From: Octopus vulgaris
Lineage: Eukaryota
Length of the DNA stretch: 64,000 nucleotides
Direction: 5' to 3'
Assembly (NCBI GenBank): GCA_951406725.2
Contig: OX597832.1
Span: 50,096,001-50,160,000, forward strand
Shown: positions 1-11,810 of the stretch, in pieces
Layout of the letters: every line of letters begins with the position of its first letter
How positions within the stretch are numbered: the first letter of the stretch is position 1
The notes under the pieces: model-generated
The model's database searches: none
Told to the model about the DNA's origin: nothing
Seen by the model: the letters and a program-made list of their open reading frames with translations, nothing else
Made by a program: the position numbers and the translations under genes

Positions 1-140
1 ACAACTTTCTCTCACTCTTTCCTCCTGCATCTTGCAGCTCACCTGCAATGGACCGGTGTCCCGTCCAGGTGGGGAACCTATACGCCTAGGAAACCGGGAA
101 ACCGGCCCTTTATGAGCCAGGCATGGCTCGAGAAGGAACA
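1..140 (+). mobile_element. 3' part of SINE family C (tRNA-derived; V-SINE-like domain), cut by window edge
   Basis: Matches reverse complement of 27600-27740 (CTGCAATGGACCGGTGTCCCGTCCAGG...GGAAACCGG...GGCTCGAGAAGGAAC). Confidence 0.7.
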
Positions 141-1196
141 CGACAGTTGCAAATGAGCCTCATCATCATGATACAAGCAAGATTGTTCATTTCCTGTCTT
201 CTGTGGAAAATATCCAGCAACGGGAAAGTATTACTTTGCTTTGGAAGCAGGTGAGAGTTGGTGACAGGAAGGGCATCCGGCCATGAAAAAAAAAACCTGC
301 CCTAAATTCCAGTCACGGAAAAGTGGACGTTAAATGATGATGATGGACTTTGAAGGTAGTGTTTCTATGAACCTCTGTGTCTGTTGGTGGGATGGGGTAG
401 GGGTAGGTGCATTATGTAGAGTCTCAATGAAATACTTTCTGTAGATTTGATCACACATGGCGCTATAATAGAATGGTCCAGAACGTTTACCTCTGCAAAA
501 TGAATTGAGAATAAATGAATAATTCAATATAATTATCGAAGGTTGAGTTGAGCTCTATCAGAAAGAATTTTGATGAGACTGATTGATGTGTATAAAATGA
601 CTACTAACAATGAAGATGCTGACAATGACAATGATGATGATGATGACAATGACAATGCTTAGGATGACTATGATGGTGATGATGATGTTGACAATGGCAA
701 CTATAATTTTTTTTTTTTTATCAAAATGATTGTTTTCATATGATGTCTTTTGAAAATAAAAATAAATGAAAAAAACATTTATACAGTTCATCCTTGTAAA
801 CTCATTGTATTATATTCTTAAAAGGAAAAATACAAAAAATAAGTGTAAAGAAAAAGAAAAGAAAAAAAAAACAATCAAATAAAATAGAATAGAATAAATT
901 AAATAAATTGCATAAAAAATTCACCAAAAAAAAAATAGGGAGATTTTTTTGGGTTAATCATAATTTTGTACAAAGGAAAGGCTTTTTCCTCCTGAGATGA
1001 GATAAACAAGTCTTTCTGAAAACATGAAGTCATTTTATTTTAGTACTACCCCTACTATTTCCAACCCCCTTACATATCCCAGATCCCTCTTCAGCACCAC
1101 GTACACTTTCCCCCCATTGTAACAGTCATAGAAACCTTTGAGTCATCCGAGTCATTAATAGAAATGTTGGTTTCTGTTTGTGCGTGCCTTTTATTT

Positions 1197-1231
<35 letters not shown>

Positions 1232-1523
1232 GTGTGTGTGTTTGTTATCTTTTGATCGGAAGGTTTATTTAGTTCAAGGTGTGTTACTCACAAAGTGAGA
1301 ATTGTCCCTGGAAAATAAGTAAATAAAATATAAAAAAAGAAAGAAAAAATGAAAAAAAAAATAGACCCTATCCCATGTATTGTGTCTGTCTATATAAAGG
1401 CGTGTATTTATGCATGTGTGCACATGTCTTTTATGATGTGCGTATTATATATAAAACAAATGAATTGTTTTGTTTTTGGATTTGGTTTGCAAGATTCTTT
1501 GTGAGTTCGTGTGTTGAAGCATA

Positions 1524-2089
1524 TTCTGTTGTGTCTGGGAGAGAGTCATTTTCTTTTTGTGCCTTATAATTTACCATACTCACTGGTAAAATTTCCACTT
1601 ATTTCTTATTTTTATTCTCTTAAAATTTTCGTTGCGTCTTGCAACCTTTTCAATAGTCTTGACCCTATTGAAAAGGTTGCAAGACACAACGAAAATTTCT
1701 TTTTGTGCCTTATAATTTACCATACTCACCGGTAAAATTTTCACTTATTTCTTATTTTTATTTTCCTAAAATTTTCATTGCGTCTTGCAACCTTTTCAAT
1801 AATCTTGACTCTATCGAAAAGGTTGCAAGACACAATGAAAATTTCTTTTTGTGCCTTATAATTTACCATACTCACCGGTAAAATTTCCACTTATTTCTTA
1901 TTTTTATTTTCCTAAAATTTTTGTTGCATCTTACAACCTTTTCAATAGAGTCAAGACTATTGAAAAGGTTGCAAGACGCAACGAAAATTTTAGGAAAATA
2001 AAAAGTAAGAAATAAGTGGAAATTTTACTGGTGAGTGTGTTACATTATAAGGCACAAAAAGAAAATGACTCTCCCCAGACACAACAGAA
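1524..2089. mobile_element. Penelope-like pLTR array: ~146-bp tandem units inside a large inverted repeat, containing six hammerhead-like motifs
   Basis: Units recur at ~1551/1697/1843; 1957-2089 is the reverse complement of 1524-1656; motif CTA-TTGAAAA-G-GTTGC-AAGAC-GCAAC-GAAA-AT-TT-TAG. Confidence 0.7.
1957..1993 (+). ncRNA. Minimal hammerhead ribozyme, U3-A8 core variant (best copy of the array)
   Basis: Stem I CTA/TAG, core TTGAAAA, stem II GTTGC/GCAAC, GAAA, palindromic AAAATTTT helix III, UH=TT. Confidence 0.6.
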
Positions 2090-2232
2090 AATGGATTGTT
2101 GTTGTTTTGCTGCAGGTCAGCTCTCTGATTGAGCAAATTTATATTCAAAGGCTTTTGATATGTCAGCTGGGATTTTCCAGTCTTCTTTATTTTTAGTTTA
2201 TTTTTTTTTTTTTTTTTTTAATGGATACAGTG

Positions 2233-2501
2233 TAGGCATGGCTGCTATGCAATCATGTAGTTTCAGGTTCAGTCCCACTGCATGCTGCCTTGGTCATTTG
2301 TTTTCTACTATGGCCTCTGACTGACCAATGACTTGTGAGTGAACTTGGTAGGCAGAAAATGTGTTGAAGTCCATTGTGTGTGTGTGCATGTGTCTTTGTG
2401 TGTATAAATAGATAGACAAATATGTAAATGTGCATATGTAAATTACATCTTTGTCTGTAATGTATGGTGTAATCACCAATTATTTTATAATATCTATATC
2501 C

Positions 2502-2535
<34 letters not shown>

Positions 2536-2747
2536 ATGTTTGTGTGTCTGTGTTTGTTCCCCCAGCATCGCTTGACAACCGATGCTGGTGTGTTTACGTT
2601 CCTGTAACTTAGCAGTTTGGCAAAAGAGACCAATAGAATAAGTATTAGGCTTACAAAGAATAAGTCCTGGGGTCAATTTGCTTGACTAAAGGTGATGCTC
2701 CTGCATGGCCACAGTCAAATGACTGAAACAAGTAAAAGAGTAAAAGA
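2233..2747 (+). mobile_element. SINE family A (tRNA-derived, internal TA/TG microsatellite), degenerate or composite
   Basis: Head GGCATGGCTG...GGTTCAGTCCCACTG; tail CAGTCAAATGACTGAAACAAGTAAAAGAG. Confidence 0.75.
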
Positions 2748-2754
2748 GGAATGT

Positions 2755-2756
2755 GT

Positions 2757-2791
<35 letters not shown>

Positions 2792-2807
2792 AGCATGTTT
2801 GTGTATT

Positions 2808-2842
<35 letters not shown>

Positions 2843-2860
2843 ATGTGTATATACATACAC

Positions 2861-2899
<39 letters not shown>

Positions 2900-2917
2900 G
2901 TGTGTGTGTATGTGTAT

Positions 2918-2959
<42 letters not shown>

Positions 2960-2985
2960 GTGTGTGTGTATGTGTATATAATATC

Positions 2986-3042
<57 letters not shown>
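2755..3042. repeat. (TA)n/(TG)n compound microsatellite
   Basis: Direct inspection. Confidence 0.95.
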
Positions 3043-3047
<5 letters not shown>

Positions 3048-3544
3048 GTTTTCTTTACTGAGTTTGAGGTATTAATCCTGTAATTGAATTTAAATTTGAA
3101 ATGTAATGTAGTTTGAAAATACATAAACATTGTGCAAGGTAAATAAAAGGAAATGAATGAATATTTTGTGGGGGAGTGGGGGAGAGAGAGAGATAGAAAA
3201 AGAGAGAGTTGAACACCAAATATTAGAAAGAGAGAGAGAGAGAGAGTGTGTTTGTGAGAGTGATTTCAATGTAGATTGAAGATCTAGAATAAGATAAGAT
3301 AAATTGAAGAATAGGTAAATAAATAGAAGTCTAAATTGAAGAATAAACAGTCAGCTAGATAAGAATACATACACATGCATAGCAAATCACCAAAGTTAAT
3401 TACCTGAAGGCGCCGTTTGCATGAAAAACAGTAGTTAAGTTAGTGTTAGCATAACATATTGGGCATAAAAAATGATTTCTAATTAGATATTTGATGCTCA
3501 CTGCATTAAGTTTGTTAGCACTAATTTAACTATTGAAAAGATTT

Positions 3545-3581
3545 GTGTGTGTGTGTATATATATGTCTGTGTGTGTGTGTA

Positions 3582-3630
<49 letters not shown>

Positions 3631-4020
3631 CTGTGTGTGTTTGTGTGTATATGTATATGTATATAGATATATATGTATATGTATATAGATGTATATGTAT
3701 ATAGATGTATATGTATATAGATGTATATGTATATAGATGTATATGTATATAGATATATATATGTATATAGATATATATGTATATATATAGATATATATGT
3801 ATATATATAGATATATATGTATATATATAGATATATATATGTATAGATATAGATATATATGTAGATATATAGATATAGATATATATGTAGATATATAGAT
3901 ATAGATATATATGTAGATATATAGATATAGATATATATGTAGATATATAGATATAGATATATATGTAGATATATAGATATAGATATATATGTATGTATAT
4001 ATATATATAGATATATATGT
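3545..4020. repeat. TA/TAGA-derived compound microsatellite with 18-26 bp higher-order periodicity
   Basis: Repeats of ATAGATGTATATGTAT and GTAGATATATAGATATAGATATATAT. Confidence 0.95.
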
Positions 4021-4811
4021 AAGTATCAGTGGAAGTATACATACTTATGCATATGTATAAGTGGAATTCTATTATAAAATATATATAATTATGAATGTGT
4101 ATGTGTGTGTATATAAATATTATGAAAATCTCTGTGGAAGTATTGGTACTGATGAAAAATATATAAGCATGGAAGGAAATATACTGATACGCCCACACGC
4201 ATATGTATGAGTGCATAGATAGATGCATATAAGTATGTATGGCAGTGTAAATACATAGACACATACAGAAACTACGAGGTTGTTACATAAATTAGATGTA
4301 TGACATACATGAGTAAAAGTGTAAAGAGACATACGAAAGCTTGGATGGATAGATTAAATTCTTGAAAGTATCATTTAAAATATGGATAAACAGAAATATA
4401 CAGGAATGTGCAGTGGGAAGAATGTAAAAAGACGGATAGACACAGACACACCTATATATATATCTATCATAAAGTCAGTGGGTGTGAGAGGTGAAGACAG
4501 ATTTACTTATCCATATAACTTCCATACAATTACTACTGTTTCCATGATTTTCTGAATCCGTATTCTATACTACTCCTTTCATTATCGTTATCCTTGTTTA
4601 ATGTTTGTTTTCCATGCTGGCATGTGTTGGACGGTTTGACCAGAGCTGGCAAAGAGGAGAGTTGCACCAAGTTACAGTCTGAACTGACTTGGTTTCTATG
4701 GCCTGGATGCCCTTCTTAACACCAACCACTTTACAGAAATGTGCTGGGTGCTTTTTACATGACACTTCATGTATATATATATATATTTATCAAGGAGTAG
4801 TATGTATATAA

Positions 4812-4866
<55 letters not shown>

Positions 4867-4919
4867 GATATGAAGGGTAAAAACCTCTTTCATTCCCTCT
4901 CCATTTTTTTCTTCTCAAC

Positions 4920-4957
4920 CCTTTCTGCTGAAGAGCTCAGGTTCGAAATGTCAAAGG
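4920..4957 (+). ncRNA. Decayed minimal hammerhead ribozyme in a Penelope-like fragment (~4870-5190)
   Basis: CCTTT-CTGCTGA-A-GAGC-TCAG-GTTC-GAAA-TG-TC-AAAGG; perfect 5-bp stem I; core carries A6C; downstream sequence resembles 40855-40900. Confidence 0.6.
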
Positions 4958-5410
4958 CTTTTCCATTCTTCCTGAGCATCAAATTAATACACCTGCTTGT
5001 TGTTCCCTCACTTGATTCATGAGCCAAAATTGCGAAGATAATCTGGTACTTAACTGAGGAAAGAAAACTTTGAATGATCCGTCCTTGTTTTCTTTGTATC
5101 ATCTATCTGGATGTTTTGTTGTCCCATTTTTGTACCACCTGATTGTCCAGTTGGTTGTTTTGCGTTCTTGTCCCATTTTGTATTTTTTATATATATATTT
5201 TATATCTAGAATATGTGGGATTTAGTTCACTGATGATCTAAACCAATAGGTATGCTGCATAAGTGCTATAATTGATCTTCCGTTAGGTTCCAAGCTCATG
5301 GCTGAGGCTGTAGTAGTCTTCTAAGTTAGCAAATATATATATATATATATATATATATGAAAAAACAAGTCAGGATAGAAAATGCTAAAATAATTTTATA
5401 GAGAACATTT

Positions 5411-5446
5411 CAGTACCGGTTTCAGTCATTGAGACTTTTTCAACTG
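5411..5446 (-). ncRNA. Minimal hammerhead ribozyme, U3-A8 core variant, in a fragment adjoining a (TA)n tract
   Basis: Reverse complement CAG-TTGAAAA-AGTC-TCAAT-GACT-GAAA-CCGG-TA-CTG. Confidence 0.65.
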
Positions 5447-6120
5447 TAACAATTAAATAATTAGATTTAGAAAAATTAAAAGGAAAGTTTTTTTAAAAGA
5501 ATATTTGTATAGTGTTCAAATACAAGAGGCATTTTCCTTGTTTCTGCCTGTCTCTGTCTCTCTTGTTTACTCTTGTGGGTTCGAGGTCGTTATGAAAATG
5601 CATCTTTATCAGTGAGAGTAGAAAATCCATAGAAAGAGAGAGAGAGATAAAGAGTACATAGAGGAATACAGTTAACAGCTTTGACATTGTGATACCAAAA
5701 CTTGTTTTTAATTCTATTCCTTTTTTCATGTGTGTTTATTCATTGCTTTGACCCCTCCCTGCCCCACTCTTCTTCCTCTCTCACAGTAAATCTTGTAATA
5801 GATTTTTGCCAGAACTGGAAGTTCTCTCTGTTTTGTAACTCTCCTTCATCTGGTGGAATGTTTGGCTTATTTTGTTTGGTTAGGTTAATTAAAGGTGAAG
5901 AGAGAAGCCGGTACTGTTTGGCTGGTGAGTGGGTTGTCTGAAGTTGTGGTGGTGGTGGTTTGACAAGATAGGTAGGTTATTTAGGTAGAGGCGTGTGGTA
6001 ATTGGAGTGCAGATGTCTAATTAGTTCCGTGTTTGTGTGTATTGGTGGTAGTTTCTGTGTGTGTGTATATGGGTCAAGAATGTCTTTCTTTATGCGTGTG
6101 TGTGTGTGTATGTGTGTGTT

Positions 6121-6740
6121 TTATCTCTTGCTTGTTTCATGCTGGGGCATCGCCTTGAAGAATTTTTAATCGACTTAACCCCAGGACTTTATTTTTGTTT
6201 TAAAGCTTGTACTTATTTTATTAGTCTCTTTTACCAAACTGCTAAGTTACATTGATGTAAACTCACCAACACTGGTTGTCAAGCAGTAGTGGGGGACAAA
6301 CACAGACTCAAAGACACATACACACACACATATGACAGGCTTCTTTCAGTTTCTTATTTCTTTGTTGCCCACAGGGGGCTAAACATAGAGGGAACAAACA
6401 AGGACAGACAAAGAGATTAAGTCGATTACATCGACCCCAGTGCATAACTGGTACTTATTTAATCGACCCTGAAAGGATGAAAGGCAAAGTCGGCCTCGGT
6501 GGAATTTGAACTCGGAACATGAAAACAGACGAAATACTGCTAAGCATTTTGCCTGGCATGCTAACGTTTCTGCCAGCTCACCGTCTTATGGCTTCTTTCA
6601 GTTTCTGTCTAAGAAATCCACTCACAAAGCTTTGGTCGTTACATAGTAGAAGACACTTGGCCAAAGTGTCACACAGTGAACTGAACCTGGAACCATGTGG
6701 TTGGGAAGCAAACATCTTACCACTCAGCCACACCTGAACC
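6121..6740 (-). mobile_element. SINE family A with nested SINE family B (~6354-6585)
   Basis: Family A halves flank a family B copy; duplication GGCTTCTTTCAGTTTCT on both sides. Confidence 0.8.
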
Positions 6741-6857
6741 TATATATATATAGATGCACTGAATGTTAAGGGCCTCCTTAGTATAGTAAAGTATTAGATG
6801 TTTGTTTAGCCTCTTTTTCCTAAGGATTAGAGCAGATTAAGATCTCTTCATCTAGTG

Positions 6858-7058
6858 TAGTGCTTTTCAAACTTTTTGCTGGAGCGGAACCCCAAGGAAA
6901 CATTCCACTGGCTCGAGGAACCCCTGTGCAATAATTTAATAGTCTTATGCACACATATCTGCACAGGAGAATTAAAAATTACTGCCGATCTTAGCAGTTT
7001 TGTAACTTCTTGTGGAACTCCTGGACTGTACTGGCGGAACCCTGGTTGAAAACCACTA
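6858..7058. mobile_element. hAT/Charlie-like MITE
   Basis: TIRs TAGTGCTTTTCAA / TTGAAAACCACTA; internal GGAACCC motifs; no clean TSD. Confidence 0.6.
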
Positions 7059-7176
7059 GTGTGTAGTGATCAGAAATGAAACTATGGGTATGAGATGTTT
7101 TGGCACAGCCTTTTCAGTGCCGCCTATTTGGCATCGCTGATTCACCACCAACTTACTTGACTTCAAAATGTTTTAA

Positions 7177-7390
7177 ACCCTTAGCGTTTAAACTGACCAT
7201 ATCTGGGACAAATATTCAACCTACTTTTTATGTTCAAACTGGCTAGATTCAATCTCTCATACCTACCCTACAATGTCATTCTAAAAATAAAACAATCATA
7301 ACATTGAAATCTGAAAACTACAAGACAATGCATGATTAATTTAAAACAATGTGAATTAATAATTTGTCAGAGTAATCTGAATGCTAAGAG
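7177..7390. mobile_element. piggyBac-like TTAA MITE followed by 32-bp tandem duplications of its end
   Basis: Similar to 42584-42803; TTAA at both ends. Confidence 0.6.
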
Positions 7391-7462
7391 TTAATGTTTC
7401 TGAATGTAATCTGAATGCTATGAGTTAATGTTTCTGAATGTAATCTGAATGCTATGAGTTAA

Positions 7463-7680
7463 GGCAGCAAGCTGGCAGAAACGTTAGCACACCGGGCAAA
7501 ATGCTTAGTGATATTTCATCTGTCTTTATGTTCTGAGTTCAAATTCCGCCAACGTCGACTTTACCTGTCATCCTTTCGAGGTCGATAAATTAAGTACCAG
7601 TTACACACTGAGGTCGATATAATCGACTTAATCCCTTCGTCTGTCCTTGTTTGTCCCCTTGTGGGCAATAAAGAAATAAG
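7463..7680 (+). mobile_element. SINE family B (central GCCTTTCATCCTTTCGGGGTCGATAAA domain, Meta/Sauria-like)
   Basis: Matches 8369-8598. Confidence 0.8.
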
Positions 7681-7731
7681 AGTTGATGTTTCTCTTATTC
7701 TCTCTTTCTTTTTATGTGCATGAGTATCTAG

Positions 7732-8256
7732 CAGGCATGTGCTGTCAGTAATTATTCAGGGTAGGCAGTTGGTGACGTTTATGTAGTAAAGCATGCAAAA
7801 ATAAGCGAAACACAGGCACATGACTGAGTTGGAGGCAGATCTACTTCTGCCTTTATAGCACATAAAGAAAACAATGTAGGAATGTACATAGTATGTGTAC
7901 TACAGCAGTACTATGTGTAGCTTTAATACTGAAATTGAAAGGCAGGGGAGAATTATACCTACCCTGATGTAATGTCCAGGGATACAGGCATCCAACAACA
8001 GGACCTCTGATGCTATGATGGACCGTGAAGTCTGGTGTAGCATGGTAAATTCCATTGTCTCGACCACGGTTGAACAATGATGATGATGCCTACCTAATCT
8101 ACAAAAAGAATAAAATATTTTGAATTTTATGCAGAGTAATCAGAGTAACCTTCATAATTTAATGAATTAGGTGCATATTTTGCCATAAAAGGAAAATGTT
8201 ACTATCGATCTATTTTATTCAAGGTAGGCACTGCCTACCCAGGTGACACGTCCCTG
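7732..8256. mobile_element. hAT MITE with 8-bp TSD, carrying a nested RTE-LINE 3' fragment (~7963-8088)
   Basis: CAGG...CCTG ends; TSD GTATCTAG at 7724-7731 and 8257-8264; inverted homolog at 54436-54842; insert matches 49150-49283. Confidence 0.85.
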
Positions 8257-8368
8257 GTATCTAGTTACGTTTGTATATATGCATAATGCACCCCACCCCT
8301 CAAGTGCCAAAACAGGTCGAGTGTCCCTACAGCTGCACCAGATCCTTGCATTCTGCGAAATTGCTGTG

Positions 8369-8598
8369 GTGGTGAGCTGGCAGAAACGTTAGCACGCCGG
8401 GCAAAATGCGTAGCCGTATATCATCTGCCGTTACGTTCTGAGTTCAAATTCCGCCGAGGTCGACTTTGCCTTTCATCCTTTCGGGGTCGATAAATTAAGC
8501 ACCAGTTACGCACTGAGGTCGATGTAATCGACGTAATCCATTTGTCTGTCCTCGTTTGTCCCCTCTGTGTTTAGCCCCTTGTGGGTAGTAAAGAAATA
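8369..8598 (+). mobile_element. SINE family B, near full length
   Basis: GGTGAGCTGGCAGAAACGTTAGCAC...GAGTTCAAATTCC (B-box-like)...GTAAAGAAATA. Confidence 0.85.
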
Positions 8599-9993
8599 GG
8601 TATCTTAATTGGATGGGTGTGGCTAGTTGTTAACTGCCGAGGTGAGAAAGTGGTTGGAAAAGAAGGCAGTGTAGTCTGCCACTGACAGGTAACCTCAGTT
8701 TTCTGGACCTCAACTGTCAGGGCCTATTCATAAACATACAAACACAGAGGTTTATGAATGGGTTTGTATATATAGGGTAGTGTAAAAAGCATATGCTCTC
8801 TCTTATGCACCTACTCGGTTTCTCTTCCCTTTTTATTTGTCCTCTTTTCTTTCTTTCATTGCTTTTGTCAATGTGTGTGTGTTTCTAGCATGTTCTTACA
8901 TTTTGGATTCACTTTGTAATTTTTTCACTTCTTCATTGTTTTGCCTTTGTCTTTCCTTCATTACTTTATCTGCTTTTCTTCCTTTCTTTCACCTAGATCC
9001 ATTTTTTAACTGTCATCCTTCTGTTTCTTTCATATTTTTTCTCTTGGCCTCAACCTCTCTCGTCGTTCCTTCTCTCTCTCTCTCATTTCCTTTTTCTCTT
9101 TTTCTCCTTCTCTCACTTCATTCTCTATCTTCTCCCTATTTCTCTCTCACTTTCTCTCACTCTCAAGTGAGTGTCTTTCTATATTAGTGTCTTTCTCTTT
9201 CTCTTCTCTTGCTCCCTATTAAACATTCATCTTTCACTTCTTTGCCCTCTCTTGAAATCAGTAATTCATTGACATCCTCTCCTTTTTTCTTTTATGTTCA
9301 CTCTCTCCCTATCACCTGACTTATTTCCCTTTTCCCTCCTTGCTCTTTCCAAAACTAATTGGTTCTTTTAGCCTTTCTCTCTCTCAACCCTCTCTCTTTT
9401 GATCACCTGTTTTTCCTTACCCTTTCTAAAACAGTATATAATCTCTTTCAGTTTGTCTCTTGTACTCTATGTCTGTCCCTTGTAACCTATAAACCACCTT
9501 TTGTCTGTCTGTCTGTCTGTTTGTCTGTCTCTCTTTTTGTCTGCTTAACCCATCTCTTTCTGTCACCTGTTTTCCTCCCACTACACTCTTTCCAAAACAA
9601 TGTGCAGCTCACCTTTTCTTTCATATTCTTCTTTCTCCCTCTATCCATTTCACCATAATTATTCTCCGCCACCAACATCATCACCATCACCACTACCATC
9701 ACCACCACTACCAAGATGCTTTCTCTTTCCTCCTTCCTCTCCCCATCATTAATGCATTCTGATAATTTTTTTGACCCATGTTGTTGACATCTCTTCATCT
9801 TACAAGCTTTCCTGCTTGCAATCTGGTAATCAATTCTTTGCCAGCATTTCCGTGTATATGTTTGTGTGTATATGTTTGTGTGTGTGTATGTGTGTTCTAA
9901 ATTAAAACCCCTTATACTTGTTCAACCCCTATTCAAACACTGCACTCAGGATTTCCTTTGCTGTCAGGGTTCCTCCTCTGGTTCCTGTGCCAT

Positions 9994-10074
9994 TACTAAC
10001 CATTTTTCATCTCTCTGCCCTCCTAAACTTTTCTTTCAAACGGAGAAGTGGAACGGGTGTGGTGAGGTGTAAGT
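9994..10074 (+). other. Candidate microexon (about 10046/10049 to 10066/10068) with its splice signals
   Basis: TACTAAC at 9994-10000, AG-free pyrimidine tract, first AG at 10044-10045, GTAAGT at 10069. Confidence 0.4.
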
Positions 10075-10139
10075 GTTGCGTGGCTGACAGCCAAAAAGCT
10101 AAGGGCATTTATAGAATTATATAATTGTAGTGTATGGTT

Positions 10140-10149
10140 TATATATATA

Positions 10150-10209
<60 letters not shown>

Positions 10210-10409
10210 TATATGCATACATTCTATCTGTGTATATATATATATATATATACACACATACATGCATACATTCTATCTGTTATATATATATATATATACA
10301 CACACACATTCTATCTATCTATCTATCATCTCTCTCTGTATGTATATATATATATTTATATATATATATATGCATACACATACATACATTCTATCTATCT
10401 ATCTATCTA

Positions 10410-10443
<34 letters not shown>

Positions 10444-10500
10444 CACACATACATACAATATCTGTACATACATACACACACGCACAAATTTACGTGTGTG
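10140..10500. repeat. (TA)n/(TCTA)n/(CA)n compound microsatellite
   Basis: Direct inspection. Confidence 0.95.
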
Positions 10501-11083
10501 TGTCCATGTATTGTTTCTGAAGTATTGTCAGGTTGTATCAATATGGTGATTAATGTTTTCGAATGTATGAAAATTCTGTCGGATTCAAACTGCGGAGTGG
10601 GTGGTCTGAGATGTTGGATAGCTCTGAATGCTGTTAATATACGTGGAAAATGTAAAAAAAAAAAAAAAAAGAAGGTGGGTAAGAGTCCTTTTCAACTCAC
10701 TTCCGCTGCTAATGTCCTTCATAATGGCACAGAACATCATGCATTATCATTTCTCTCTCCTTTGTTTGTAAATCTGTGGTTTCGCTGAACGGTAAAGTTA
10801 ACTCTGGTGGCATTTGTGCTGGGAAAGCTGAGGGTTAAAAAAACGTGACTGTGGTAGTAGCTGTGGTGTTTATTTGCTGTTTTGTTTATTTGTTTAGATT
10901 AGAGGCATGTTTTTTGTTTTGACCGAGTGTCTACCACTACTGGCTAAGTGGTTAGAGTATTGGACTGCAAAACCAGAACTTTGTAGTTCAAATCCACCCA
11001 TGAACCAGCACATTACAGTGTCGACTGTATCCATGGTCAAGAAAACTAACTTTCAGGGATGAATATATATATATATATATATA

Positions 11084-11482
11084 GGTGCAGGAATGGCTGT
11101 GTGGTAAGTAGCTTGCTATACAACCACATGGTTCCGGGTTCAGTCCCACTGCATGGTATCTTGGGCAAGTGTCTTCTGCTATAGCCCCGGGCCGACCAAT
11201 GCCTTGTGAGTGGATTTGATAGACGGAAACTGAAAGAAGTCTGTCGTATATATGTATATATATATATATGTATGTGTGTGTGTCTGTGTTTGTCCCCCTA
11301 GCATTGCTTGACAACCGATGCTGGTGTGTTTACGTCCCCATCACTTAGCGGTTCAGCAAAAGAGACTGATAGAATAAGTACTGGGCTTACAAAGAATAAG
11401 TCCCGGGGTCGATTTGCTCGACTAAAGGCGGTGCTAGCATGGCCACAGTCAAATGACTGAAACAAGTAGAAGAGTAAAGAGT
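11084..11482 (+). mobile_element. SINE family A, full length (~400 bp)
   Basis: A-box-like TGGCTGTGTGG, B-box-like GGTTCAGTCC, internal microsatellite, GTAAAAGA tail. Confidence 0.9.
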
Positions 11483-11697
11483 AATATAATTAAGAGAAAA
11501 AACCTTTTTAAGTAATTCAATTGATGGTGAAAGATATTATCTATATTAAATCATATAGAAAGAATTTAAATATATTATAATAAATATTATTCTAAAAATC
11601 ACCAAATTAAATAAACATTAAATTGACTACGCTAAATTGAATTTTTCCCTGTAAGTTTGGAATTTTATATTCCCTACTATTAATGATATATATATGC

Positions 11698-11792
<95 letters not shown>

Positions 11793-11810
11793 GTATGTAT
11801 ATATGTATAT

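Noticed and set aside
5051-5075. CTGAGGA-AA-GAAA-AC-TT hammerhead-like string; similar weak strings at ~3405, ~11650, ~20530 and ~59065
   Set aside because: Stem II or the GAAA/core is missing, so they are indistinguishable from chance
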